Below, piece by piece: positions 13,398 through 27,342 of a DNA stretch of 64,000 nt (positions within the stretch are counted from its first letter, which is position 1; every line of letters starts with the position of its first letter). The translations under genes were made by a program, and so were the position numbers. Under the pieces are notes generated by a model. It ran no database searches. It was not told the DNA's origin and was given only the letters and a program-made list of their open reading frames with translations. The stretch is taken from contig NC_068982.1 of the NCBI RefSeq assembly GCF_001194135.2, forward strand, positions 60,473,524 to 60,537,523, written 5' to 3'. Source of the stretch: Octopus bimaculoides. Its lineage: Eukaryota.

Positions 13398-13570
13398 CGG
13401 AGTAAGCACATAAATGTGCAACAAGGAGGGGAAAAGAGTACTCAAATACCAGAGGTAGAGTAATATGCTTTATTTAAAAGCAGCAGAAATATAACAAAAC
13501 AGTCCAATGAATGGGAACATGAAATTCCGAGTAACAGTTTTTGTTATATTTCTGCTGCTTTTAGATAAAG
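13398..13570 (+). ncRNA. About 170-bp element carrying a degenerate type I minimal hammerhead ribozyme fold (Penelope pseudo-LTR or retrozyme-like), set in (TA)n
   Basis: Inverted arms 13468-13503 / 13534-13570 enclose CCAATGA-ATG(GGAA)CAT-GAAA-TTCCGA-GTA. Confidence 0.65.
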
Positions 13571-14558
13571 TATATATATATATATATACACACACACAAG
13601 TGTGTGTGTGTGTGTGTGTGTGCATATTTATGTATGCATATGCACATATACATATACACATATACATACATGCATATATAAACACACACACACATATGTA
13701 TAGATATATGTAGATGCAAACATATGCAGTAGGGATTCCACACAGTTTCACTCTTTCAAATTCCACTCACAAAATATTGCTCACTTTGAGCCTATTATAG
13801 AAAATACTTACCCAATGTGGTACAAAGAATATGATAATCTTATGGTACTTACACTAAAAGAATTTTAATAACTAAAATGAATTATACCCTTAAGGGAGCC
13901 TACCTACTAGAAATAGTAGCCAAACCGCCTTTATATTGCTACCTAACCACTTAAAACTGGAGCGACATATTGCTGTGATAGTTGTAGACAGATTGCATCT
14001 GAAAAAGAAAAGAAATAATGAACAAAAAAACAGTATGGCCTTCACTGAAATTCCTTTGATCATAGGGTCAGCGGATCAAGGCTGTTGAATTAGTATTGAT
14101 AATATAAAACCTTAACACTGTTTGTATGTTATTTCCCAATGTTTGCTTTTGTTTTTCTATTTATTTTGTTGAGTTCCAATAAAAATTTATAATACTCACT
14201 TATAGTGACATTTATTGCAGTTATATGTCAATAATGCTATGATTGAATATAAATATATACAATTTCCTAGCTGAACTATATCATTAAATACAGTAAAGTA
14301 AGGAAAGCAAGGAATTTGCAATACAATCATCAGTATTAAACCAATTATTTGAAAAGAAAATTATTAATTATGAGCTTATATTTTTCATTCTCATTTAAAT
14401 GATAATTATGTATAAAAGAAACCCAAAGAGATTTTGTTATTGTTTTTTGTTAATATCACGATATAATTCTAAGGAATATATTTTTCAGTATTATTAACAT
14501 TCAATAAGATTGAAAGTATTACTTTTATTGTATTCTTGTTGTTCTTGTTGTTGTTGTG

Positions 14559-14559
<1 letters not shown>

Positions 14560-14629
<70 letters not shown>

Positions 14630-14638
14630 TATTATTAC

Positions 14639-14671
<33 letters not shown>

Positions 14672-15012
14672 CATAGTTGCTTACTTTTAATTTGCATGCT
14701 TGATGCAATCACATGCCAGGACACACCCAGTGCCCTAGGGCAAGTGAAGGTTAAGAGATGTTGAAATATAACTGAAAGCTTGGCGAGGGGAAGTGGCAAG
14801 GACAGTGGAGAAATACCTTCATACAATACAACACAAACATTTGAATTGACAGGGTTTTTCTAAGGATGTGGTCAGTACTTCTCAGCATAATCTTTTGGTT
14901 TTCCCTGAGACATGGTTCTCCTGGGATATTGTCTAAATATTTCTGGCATCACATTTTTATCATACCTAGGGCACCTATATTATTATTATTATTATCATCA
15001 TCATTATTGTTA
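14560..15012 (-). mobile_element. 3' end of R4/Dong-like RLE non-LTR retrotransposon within (TAA)n
   Basis: Minus strand carries a GALGMIK-type motif and degraded C-terminal coding sequence; 3' UTR matches 43180-43335; (TAA)n on both sides. Confidence 0.75.
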
Positions 15013-15014
15013 TT

Positions 15015-15222
15015 ACTGAAGGTGATGGGCTGGTAGAATCGTTGGTATGCTGAGCAAAATGCTTTGCAGCATTTTGTCTATCTCTACATTCTGAGTTCAA
15101 ATTCCATCGTAGTCATCTTTACCTTTCATCCTTTCAAGGTTGATAAAATATGTACCAGTTGAGCACTTGGGTCAATGTAATCAACTTACACCCTCTCCTA
15201 AAATTGCTACCTTTGTACCAAA

Positions 15223-15225
<3 letters not shown>
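15015..15225 (+). mobile_element. SINE family A
   Basis: ggctggtagaatcgtt...ttctgagttcaaattcc...tttcatcctttc. Confidence 0.8.
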
Positions 15226-15264
<39 letters not shown>

Positions 15265-15393
15265 TGTTTTGTATTTATACAAGTTGACCTCAAGTCTCAT
15301 TCAAAGACCTCAAGCGACAACAAGTTTGAAGTTCAAGCTGATATTATCACTAGAGTGCCATATTTTTGGTTTTGCATAAACTATTGTTCTATG

Positions 15394-15880
15394 GTTGGTG
15401 GCACATAAAATACACCATTTTGAGCGTGGCCGTTGCAAGTACCGCCTGACTGGCCTTCATTGGATTTTCGAGTGAGATAGTTGCCAGTGCCCCTGGACTG
15501 GCTCTTGTGCGGGTGGCACATAAATTACACCATTTTGAGTGTGGCCGTTGCCAGTACCGCCGGACTGGCCTTCGTAGGATTTTCGAGCAAGATCATTGCC
15601 AGTGCCCCTGGACTGGCTCTTATGCAGGTGGCACATAAAATACACCATCTTGAGCATGGCCGTTGCCAGTACCGCCTGACTGGCCTTCGTGTGGGTGACA
15701 CATAAAAGCACCCACTACACTCTCTGAGTGGTTGGCGTTAGGAAGGGCATCCAGCCGTAGAAACTCTGCCAAATCAGATTGGAGCCTGGTGTAACCATCT
15801 GGTTTCACCAGTCCTCAGTCAAATCGTCCAACCCATGCTAGCATGAAAAGCGGACATTAAACGACGATGATGATGATTAT
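15394..15880 (+). mobile_element. RTE-clade LINE 3' UTR with three tandem subunits of about 116 bp and a (GAT)n tail
   Basis: Ends cggacattaaacgacgatgatgatg; homologous to the 3' UTR that follows the RTE C-terminal coding remnant at 32010-32400. Confidence 0.75.
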
Positions 15881-15915
15881 TATTATTATTATTATCATCA
15901 TCATCATCATCATCA

Positions 15916-15952
<37 letters not shown>

Positions 15953-16338
15953 CATCATTATTTAAGGTGTCGCATAGTATCCAATATCATGATGTCTACT
16001 GGGAGTTTGTACTATCTGTCAAGTCACAAGGACCTCAGACAGACAGTATTTTATGCAATATGCATGCAGTTCCAAGTAATGCCGATTTTTGTGATACACC
16101 TAGATTGTAGGGTATTTCTAAAGTTTCCATATGTTTCTACAAGTTGGGTGGTATTGAACCCAATGCTCAGAAGGGAATCAATATTATCGTTAAAGGCACA
16201 AAATAGCATTTGACCCTCTGACTGATAACTAATGAGGAGTTGGTGACCTGTGTGTGTTTTCTGTTTGTTTGTGCATTTACTATATGTTTTTTTTACCTTA
16301 TATCTATCTATCTATCTATCTATCTATATATCTATATC

Positions 16339-16370
<32 letters not shown>

Positions 16371-16489
16371 TACTCGTTTCAGTCATTAGACTGCAGCCCA
16401 GCAGGGCAGGTAAAGTCTGACAAAATGTTGATAAGCATTTTGCCTGGCATGCTGACAAATCTGCCAGCTCACCACCTTTGATGATCTTT

Positions 16490-16700
16490 GATATTGATTT
16501 CAAATTTTGGCACAAGGCCAGCAATTTTTGGGAAGGGGGAAGATCAATTACATCAGTCCCAGTTCAACTGGTACTTATTTTATTGACCCCGAGAAGATGA
16601 AAGGCAAAGTCAACCTCGGTAAAATTTGAACTGAGAACATAAAGACAGATGAAACGTTACTAAGCATTTTGCCTGGCAAGCAAAAGATTCTGTGAGCATG
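16490..16700 (-). mobile_element. SINE family A
   Basis: gatgaaaggcaaagtcaacctcggtaaaatttgaactgagaac matches the family. Confidence 0.8.
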
Positions 16701-17064
16701 ATGATTTTTGATATTTATAAAAGTTAAATTTTTTTGTTTTTCTAACTTTCCTGTTCATATAAAATGCCTTATTCCAAAGTATATTACTTTGTCATTCCAT
16801 GAAATCTTCTGTTGCATGTTTTCATACTATTTCATTTCTGAGTTGCCATAGTTTTGAGAGTATGAATCCTCTAATTCTTTCATGTCTGTTTATATAATAT
16901 GGCTAAGAGTAGGCAACTAGAAACTATGTGATTATTTCTTATGTGTTTATATTTGTTTGTATATGTGTTTTAAATTTCTCAAAGATTTACCACTCAATTA
17001 ACATTTGCAAAACTAAGACAGAAGCAAAACACTTATACAGCTACCGCATATGTGCTGCAGGTAC

Positions 17065-17097
17065 AGTTGTTGTTGTTGCTGTTGTTGTTGTTGTTGT

Positions 17098-17176
<79 letters not shown>

Positions 17177-17700
17177 GGTGATGATGATGATGATGATGAT
17201 GGTGATGGTGGTGGTGGTGGTGGTGATGATGGTGATGATGGTGATGATGATGATGATGATGGTGGTAGTGATGGTGATGATGATGATGATGATGGTGGTG
17301 GTTTTGTTGGTGGCCATGGTGATGGTGGCTTTGGTGGTGGTGGTGGTCATGGTAATGATGTAGAGTGCTGATAATAGGATAATGATGAAGGGATGATGAG
17401 GAGGGGCAGAAGGAAGAGGAAGAAAAAGAATTTTGTCTCTATCTTCCCCTTTAGCTTTTCCTCCTCTTCCTCCTCCTCTTCCTCCTCTTCCTCATCCTCA
17501 TTATCATTATCATCACGCGAAAAAGGTAAAACAAGGAGCTGTAAAAGAAATATGGGGAAGAAAAGAGGAACAGGAGCAATAGAATAAGGGACAGATGAAG
17601 GAAAGGAGAGGGTAAAGGAAAGAGGATGATATGAGGCAGAAGAGTAGGAAGGAAGGAAGGAAGGAAGGAAGGAAGGAAAGATAACAGCAATGCATTTAAC
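17065..17700. repeat. Compound microsatellite (GTT, GAT, GGT, CTC, GAAG)
   Basis: Directly visible. Confidence 0.9.
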
Positions 17701-20385
17701 CATCACTTCTACTGCCACCAGCAAAGCTGTTGCTGACAATAATGATGATTAAAATAGACAAAAACATAAACATTGAGTTAAGGTAATATAAGTATCTTGA
17801 AGTGAATCTAAAAATTAATATTTTGAAATCCAGTTACTAATGAATACATTTGAATTCCTTAAGGGTGTAGGTATTTTTATCTTGCTGAAGAGGAAAAGAT
17901 ATAAACCACCCACTCCAACTTTACCACCACCCCCGTTAGATTTAGAGTTGGTTATCATTGTAATGATTGTTGAATGACGACACTGCTTAAGGATATGTTC
18001 TCAGATGTCTCACTTTCAAGATATACAAACTAGAAATTGTGGTACTTTTAGTTTGAAATAGGTATTAGGCAAAGATAGAGAAAGTTCATTATACTCCAGA
18101 AAATTCAAGATATTCTAGAAAATAATCAGCAAGTTATCAGTTCTGTTTTTATTTGGCCATTGGCATCATTTTAGGAAGTGAAGGACATAGTGCTTGAAAA
18201 ACATGATAAAGAATAAAAGAAAGAAAAGGGATTTTTTTTTTTTTAAATAAGCTAAGTAGTGTACAAAGTCTTTGAAAGCATAATAAAACTAAGTTTTGAA
18301 AGAATGTAGAAAAGAAAAAAACTTAAATTATCATGAAAAAATTGTGCTAAATATCAATATTATTATTCTTCATGGAATTTCTTCACAAAAACATAACAAC
18401 ATTTATTTTTATAAAACTGTTTTTTTCTTTTTTTTTAAGTACCAAAGAATAACAATTTAACAATTTTCTGTGTCTTGTTTTTTGTGTTGCTTTTGTTGAT
18501 GTTGGTGTTCTTTTTAAGGGTGGGTTGGGGAAGCAAAAGGAATTTGTAGGTGTGATAAAATGAAGAACAAGACAAAATATCAGGAAAAGAACGCTGACTC
18601 TACTTTAAAATATCAGCAATGAAATAAAACTACTTAAAAGAGTTGTAGAGGCTTTCAAATCATGCTGTGTTCATATGAATGCATTATAACTTAGCTCAAA
18701 TTATTTCTAAGGAGAGTACCAGATGTCTAAGGTAATAATTATAAAGGGATCCTTTTTTTTTCCTTCAAGTTTCTACCATTTCATATTCAGAAATATTACA
18801 GAGTAATATTTATGTACTATAAGTCATGATCACATAGCTTTTAAACTTTCCTTAATAATCCTTTAATGCATATCATTAATTTTAACCATAATACTCTGAC
18901 ATTTATCGAGTGGATTCTCAAAAAAATTTAACATTAATTTTGTTATTCTCCAGAGACCATTTCTACAATGAGTAATTCCATCATTCTAATAAATGAAGGA
19001 TACTCAACTGATAAATTTTAATTTTTTTCTAAATTTGTAAAACAGCTATTTATTTATTTATGATAAAAATATAATATATTTGGAAGAATAATCTCTGAGC
19101 AAACAGAGCCTTAGGGTACTAAGTTGAATTCCTGTGTATTCTAGTGACTGTCCTAAAGGGAAATATTTTTAAAATAAGTCTTCTAACAAATATTCATAAA
19201 ATGTTCTAATTATTGAAACTTGAAAGCAATACCAAAATTACCTCTTGCATATATAAGGAAAAATGGTATCCTTTTGGAGATCAGATATAGTTATTGTAAT
19301 AAAGGGAAATGAATTAGACAAGAGTAGGTTTATTTCAGTTTAAGATAAATACTCATTTTAATTTTGATTTTTTTTCTTTTCTTTATTGATCTTTATTTAT
19401 TGTAGGGAAAATTGTTCAAAAGTTAAATTTATTTTTAAAAGATTTAGACATGATACAGAATAAACAAAAATACAAGTCATATAAATAAAGTCAATTTAGA
19501 TCAAATTAAGCTGAATTAAAAATACGAATTAGCAAAATCAAATTAAGGTAAGAATAAGACATGAACTGAAAGTCTGAAAGTATCATCTATATTGCAAAAG
19601 ACATTGAAGGTAATTCATTAATGAATGATAGGACTTCATCAAAACAAATTAAGATTCACTAATTTACATATGTTTCCATCGGGTATCATAATGACATACA
19701 TCATATAAGTGTTTGTTTTTTTCAAGTAAGAATATATTTGGAGTTTCAGATCGAAAAACAAATCATAGCAGCACATTTCATCAAACAGTAATTAAAGCAA
19801 TCACTTCTTGTATTAATTACTATTATAAACTTTGTTTAATAATTAATCTACCAGATTCTGATTATTTTTGTGGCTTTAACATTTTTTTCTTAAAAGAGTA
19901 ACAATGACAAATTAGTTCTTTAAAAAAACAAGCTAATGTGTAACACGCTTATTAAATGAAAAAATAAATGCCTATATAGAGTTGTAGAAGGGATAGTCAA
20001 ATATTGAATGTTTTCATAAAAAATTCAAAATAAATTCTCACATAAGTTCCTTTGGCAAAAAAAAAGAAAGCAAGGCAAAAGTAAGCAAAAGTTGTTTTTT
20101 TAAATTAAATAAATATTTTATTTTTTTCTATATTCTAAATTAATTTGTATAGTTTTGTCACATGGTCTAAATTTTAAGGAATTTCTGCTAAAAATTTCTA
20201 AATCAAAAATATTTTACTTTCAATGAAACTGATCTCACAGAATAAATTGCATTACCCAATTAATAGAATTAAACTTCAAAATAACACTCGTCAAAAGTAT
20301 TTAAGAATTACAAAGACTTGGAAAATTTGGTGATAATACAGGATGAAGAGTCGCATAATTAATTTCATTTCTGTCAACTTACACA

Positions 20386-20427
<42 letters not shown>

Positions 20428-20428
20428 A

Positions 20429-20465
<37 letters not shown>

Positions 20466-22639
20466 TACACACTCATAAAGAGGAATTTTTAAAAAATGAA
20501 ATGAAATAAAATAGAAAATATAAGACTAAGGAAAGATATTTTTTAATGTTTAATCTGGAAATTCTCTTTTCTTTAGCAATGTGGAAACTGAGTTTTCAAC
20601 AATATTTTATTTTAAGCATTATAATTTAGAGTTCATTTGGTATAAGGGTCTGTTAGCTTTTTATCTTCTTTCAAATTTTGTTTGAAATGTGTTTTTTATC
20701 GTTAGTGTTTTTTTTCTTTCTTCTGTCTAAATGACAGATGTTTTCACCGTTAATATTTGTCCATATCTTTTACTTATTAGTCATGCAACATAAAATTCCT
20801 TAATTAAGTACAATTCTAACCAGCTGCCCAGCACTATTGTCTAACAGGAAACCAAATGGAAAAACACTAAATAAATGAATAAATAAATATTGGTGATTTT
20901 TTCTGAATTGCTGATGAATAGAGTTAAAAATCTTTTATGATAATCTAAGGGTTTTTCTAGAGTTTAGAGATATAGTATATTATATTCTCAGAGATGTAAC
21001 CATTAATGAACATAATACATAAAAGAGCACTATCAACACAAAATATGGGTTTTGCAGTTAGAAGAAATTTGATAATAAAATAATCATAGCAATATAAAAA
21101 GACAATAAAAAAGAACACAAAAATAATATCTTTATCCTGACAAAAACATACAGAAGAATAGCAGAGGCTATTTGTTTCTATTTTTAATTTTAAAAAGTGA
21201 AAAAAAAAGTGTGCAATAAGTGAACATATAAATACAAAAAAAAAAAAAGAATGTAAAATGATAAAAATTGTCTAAAAGAAAGAACTAATCAATCAATCCA
21301 CTTGAAAGCAAACTTTACACAATATTTCATCAATAGCATACAAATAATGTATTGATTTGTTCATTCTATGCAATTTTGTCACCACATAGCATTTTCAAAA
21401 TGCCTTAGAGTAATTCAATTTTTTAAAATATCTATCTAAAACTAAAGTGTATAGAGATTGAATAAAATAATGAGAGTAATAAATCTGGTGATTTACAATA
21501 ATTGGGAGTGATCTAAGACACAAGATAGTAAATTTATTCAGACTTCCATCTTAATCATATTGTTCAAAATCTTGTCTGACCACCAAGTGTATGAATGAAC
21601 AAGCATTACAATAAAACAGTACAAGATAATAAAAAAGTAATATAATTATATTTATCAAATTCAGTTGTATATGATGTACAGAAAACATTTCTAATATAAA
21701 CTTTATAGTTTGTAGCTGTTACAATTTATCATTCTGCTTACATGGCAAGTTTTCTACTTGCTGTAATGGCTTTTCTCAAACTTTTTTCTGAAGAACCCTG
21801 GGTTTCCATTCATAAAATATGGGCTTCCAGGTTTTATGGAAACATATGCATGTGTGCACTTCGTTTTTTGATAATGATTCCTCAACATAAGAAAAATAAA
21901 CCTTGAAACAATTCTCTCTTTAAGGGATTTTTTCCCCTTAAAATGCAGTTCCCAGTAATACTACCACATGTTAATAAAAATTTATTTTATAAGAAGTTAT
22001 ATTAACCATTTTCAAATTATTATTATTTTTTTTTAAATGAGCAAATTCTTCCTCTAAAGCATAAGTATAGGGGTCGTCATCCATAAAACATAAATACAGG
22101 TTCTGCAATTTTTAAGTAGATCACTCAAGGGTAGTGCAACAAAATAAGTTGTGGAATCTTTGTTCTATGATGTATGTTTATTCTCTAATCCATTTTAATT
22201 TATCATGTTCTTAACTTCTACTATACTTGATTTTGGGGTCTAGATATCTCAGTGTGTATGAAAGGATTAAGATAGTACTGAAAATATTTAAGAATATAAA
22301 GATAAAAGTAAAAAGATTTATATCTAAGAGATTAGATAACCTTTCTTAATATTCCTAACACTAAGTAAATTCTATTTTCAAGTCATTTCGAATGGTCTTG
22401 TGAATTCTTAAATTCAGTGTAAATTTTCTTTGTCCTATAGCTGGAATTCTTATAAGAGCTATCTTTGAGTCATAATTATTACAAAATAGTTTTATAAGAA
22501 TGAGAAATTAAAAACCAATTAATTCTACTCTGGTATTAGTTTTATTAATTATGTAGAGATGGAAAATAAATTCAAGCCTTGTAGCAATTGTTTATGAAAC
22601 TTCAAAATATTAAGTATTACATCCCAATCATTTCTCTAC

Positions 22640-22960
22640 CACCATTGTCAACTCCACTAACTTTATTCACCAAATTGCTGCAACCACTAGCTATTTCACA
22701 GTTGCTTAGTTTGTATTCTTTGCCGCTTATATTACTCCAACGAGAATAGGATCTGCTCTTCTGAACTCGTTAACTGCATAGCCTCTCCATTCAAGCCCAC
22801 CCAACCTTCCACTCTGTAGTCCACTATTAATCTTTACTGTCTCATTTCACACTTGCTACACAAGATCCTTCCCAGTCATTTGTCGCTAGTACTTCAACTT
22901 ACTAGAATTACCTCATCTGCCCATGTTTTTCTATAGATGTCCAAAGCTGAATATCAATAA
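22640..22960 (+). mobile_element. Highly decayed LINE 3' remnant (CR1/L2-like)
   Basis: C-rich tract with ctgaactcgttaactgcatagcctct...cacacttgctacac resembling the ELA.C.P...R.TR C-terminal motif; interrupted by stops. Confidence 0.4.
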
Positions 22961-24239
22961 CCTCTGACTCTAAAGGTAATGACAACTATATTTCTTCCAC
23001 TGAGTACTTTATATATTTTTAAAATGTCAGAATAAATTCAGGAAATTTGAAACAATGAATGTTAACTTTATTATTTCAAAGTTTCATTTTCAAATTCATT
23101 TCTCTTTTTTAAATTAATTTATATTTACTTATTCTGTGTTTGCTGGTTTACATCATCATAAAAGTGCTTATATTTTGCTTTATTTGTAATTTCTAGAGTT
23201 TTAGCTGAATAGATCTTTTGTTACCAAGAAAGAACCATCTATATAGTAACTCAATTTATTAGAAAATAGTGCTCAAATTTCCAAAAAAACACAGTAGCAC
23301 TTTTCAAAAGATGCATAGGATGATACATCCTGAGGTACACCATTCTGGAAAGAAGATTGGAAGATCATAGCCTGAATGATCTGTGTTACCTCCCAGTTAT
23401 TGTGTATTGATTCTGGGCTAGCTTGAATTTAAACAATATTGACTGCTATTTTATTTTATTGAGAATTATCTTATGGTTATTGTATTGTAATTGTATACTT
23501 ACAGAAAGTGAAGAGTAAAGCATGACATTTGTGGAATATTTGGCCATAATGCATTGACAGAATTGATGTTCAACCTGACCACCCGTTAGTGAACTTCAGC
23601 AATGGAAGAATACCAGAAGGATTGAGCTTAATCGTAAGCAGAAGGACAAAGACATGAAACACGACAAGGGTCTATTATGCAACTATTCTTGTTTGGAGTA
23701 GAAAAATATTTTGCAGTTATGATAGATTAGGTAGATAGATAGGCAGATAGATACATTTCTTTTATTAGCCACACAGGGCTCAACGAAGATGGGACAAATA
23801 CAATGTAGAGCTTTTCTTTTTGGGAGGGGGAAGGANNNNNNNNNNNNNNNNNNNNNNNNNNNNNNNNNNNNNNNNNNNNNNNNNNNNNNNNNNNNNNNNN
23901 NNNNNNNNNNNNNNNNNNNNNNNNNNNNNNNNNNNNNNNNNNNNNNNNNNNNNNNNNNNNNNNNNNNNNNNNNCACACAAAGACAGGGAAAGTGATTACA
24001 TCTGTGATTAAATATAGAATGATGGTGAACAAGCGTTTGCCAATCATTCTTTTTTTTTCTTTTTTTGAGGAATGCAATCAAACATGCTTGTTTGTACCAA
24101 CAGTTTTATCCAAGATATATGAGCAGTACTTCACTGTGCATCATATCAAACTTTGTAGAGAGAAAGAATTCAGCAGTTGACCAGTAACATTTTTTTTTTT
24201 TAAGCCTGAAGAAAAATCTAGTCTTTGGGATGAAGTCTT

Positions 24240-24570
24240 ACCTATGTCACCTGACTGGCACTCTGTCAATTACGACGACGGTTCCAGTTGAGCCGATCAA
24301 TGGAACAGCCTGCTTGTGAAATTAACTTGAACACTCCACAAACTTGTACACCCTTAATATAGTTCTCAGGGAGAATCAACATGACACAGAGTATGACAAG
24401 GCTTGCCCTTTAAAATACAGGTAGAACTCCTTTTTGCCAGTTGAGTGGACTGAAGCAATGTGAAATAAAGTGTCATGCTCAGGGATACAAGGTGTTACTG
24501 GGAACTGAACTGGTGTGACCATATGATCATTAGTTGAATACCGTAACTACTAAGCCATGCACCTTCATGC
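24240..24570 (-). mobile_element. tRNA-headed SINE with central ...gagcaagacactttatttcac.ttgct.cagtccactc domain (here family E)
   Basis: Minus head tgaaggtgcatggcttagtagtt; related segments at 29650-29830, 42085-42380 and 45560-45795. Confidence 0.7.
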
Positions 24571-25037
24571 TATGTCACCTATAAGATCATAAAAGTTTGC
24601 TTGGCCTAACATTTCTAGTAACTTTCAGTCAAATGTAACACAAAATCTCACTTCACATTTTTATGACAATTATTTAAAAAAGAACTGTATACCATAACAC
24701 ATAATGAGTTTATGGAAGATTTTTAGGGATTATGGAGCCCTTAGTTGATAGGTTTTTCAAGCAAAAAATTTAACTAATCCTTTAAGCATTATGATAAGCA
24801 GTAAGAGGCCATAGACACTGTCTGAAAGGGAGATACAAATATAGAAAGTAAATACGAGTATAAACTGCTGCTTATTTTACACTCCTTTTAGCATCAATAA
24901 AACAGATTGAAAATTACATTTTTCTCCTTTATTTTTAATCTCAATATTTTATTAGATTATGAAAATTATGCCAAGGATAAGTACATAAAAGAATATAATT
25001 ATCTTGTCTGCTGAACTTGCTTTATTTATATACATAT

Positions 25038-25075
<38 letters not shown>

Positions 25076-25287
25076 CCACCATCACACATGCACATGTACA
25101 TACACCCTCTACACATTCCCAATCATATATATAAATATATANNNNNNNNNNNNNNNNNNNNNNNNNNNNNNNNNNNNNNNNNNNNNNNNNNNNNNNNNNN
25201 NNNNNNNNNNNNNNNNNNNNNNNNNNNNNNNNNNNNNNNNNNNNNNNNNNNNNNNNNNNNNNNNNNNNNNNNNNNNNNNNNNNNNNN

Positions 25288-25348
<61 letters not shown>

Positions 25349-25575
25349 GACATGCAAAAACAAATTCATATACATTTATATTAATATTTCACACACACAC
25401 ATATATATATAGACACATATATATGCACCTGCACAGATATAGATATACATATATCATATATACATAGAATTATGCATATATTACATATATATGTGTGTAT
25501 GAGAATATAATCTAAATATACACACACGGAGACACATATACAGTCATACACATAATATTTATATAAATTCATACA

Positions 25576-25609
<34 letters not shown>

Positions 25610-27243
25610 NNNNNNNNNNATAGATCTATACACATACATACTTGCATGTATCATATATATTTGTGTGTGTGCATACAAGTAGGTGAACAGATAGGTAAAG
25701 TTACACACAGACAAATACACACTTGATAAAATAATAACAAACAAACAACAAAATATAGGGTTTTCCCACTGAATAGAAATATATCAAAGTTCCCTGTCTT
25801 TTTTGCTTTCTTCTTTTTTTATGTATTTTATAACTGTTGATTTTTTTCCCCTGTTTTTATTCTATTATTTCTTATTTATTATAAAAGCAATCTATTCTGA
25901 TTCATTTTCACTGAAATAATTTTAAAATGAAACAATGATTTTTAAATATGATATAGCTACTTGAATTTTTATTATCAGAAGATAAAATATGAATATAACT
26001 GTAGAATTCATAATGCAAATGGGGATTTCATGTATTTATTTATGCATTTATTGTTTATACTTAAATGAATCTCAATTACCAATATAATTGTTGTTGTTAT
26101 TTTATTCTTTCTCCTCTCAGCATTTATAAATATTTGTTAGCTTCAGTGCAATAATAGTTGCCATAAGTTTTATTCATTTACATCAAAGTGACGAACAAAA
26201 AGACGCTTATCTTTCAACAAAATAAATAACTAATAGTGTATATTTTGAGAAAATGTGTGTATGTGTATGTGTGTGTGTGTGTGTGCATGCATGTGTGTTT
26301 GTGTGTGTATACAGACATATACACATAAATATATACATACACACATATATATATATATATACACCTTCCTATACACACATACATACATACACAAACACAT
26401 ATATACATATATATATGTATGTATGTATGCATGTATATTAATACATATTTAAAATACATATAAAAAATATTCGGTAAACATATGCTCTGATTAAATTGTC
26501 CTGTGTATATTTTTATGATTGTGCTCTGATATATATATACAGTTTTACATCATATATGTATGTAATGTAACGTGTGATATGTGTGTGTACATATATATAT
26601 ATGAAATTATATGTGATGAGTATATAAGTGTGTCTGTATCTATGCATGTGAGTTGTATGTTTGTGGAGGTGTATCGCCATATACATTTATATATTATACG
26701 CAACTATAAATTTATATTGATACATGAATCATATACAAGTTGGCTTATTATTTCAACTAATAAATAAGAAAACAAATAAAAGTACACACATAAATGCATA
26801 TGAACATATAGACACAATCACACTTCTCTACCCTACCCTCTTTCGCCTCTCTTTTCTGTCTCTCTCTCTCCCTCTCTTTCTCTTAACCTTACAATCTATT
26901 TATCTATCTATATTTTCAATTCCCAACACACATTACACCCCTGTTCATTCACACAAATACAGACCGACATTTACACAGGAAAGAACATAAGCATAGATAT
27001 TTATACATTTGACAAACAAGAACTATTAATTAAATGATAGGCATGTTATGATGCTTGTGAACTCTGGTGGATCTACCTCAGTTGATTTATTAAATAAAAG
27101 ATATAATTACTTTTGAGAGAAGCAGTGTTGTGGCTGACAAAATGTTTTAACATTGGAGTATAAAAATAATTGGCAATTCAATGAAGGAGATGGGAAAGGA
27201 AGAGAGGAAAATCAAAAGAGAAAGAGATAGATAGAGAGATAGA

Positions 27244-27342
<99 letters not shown>

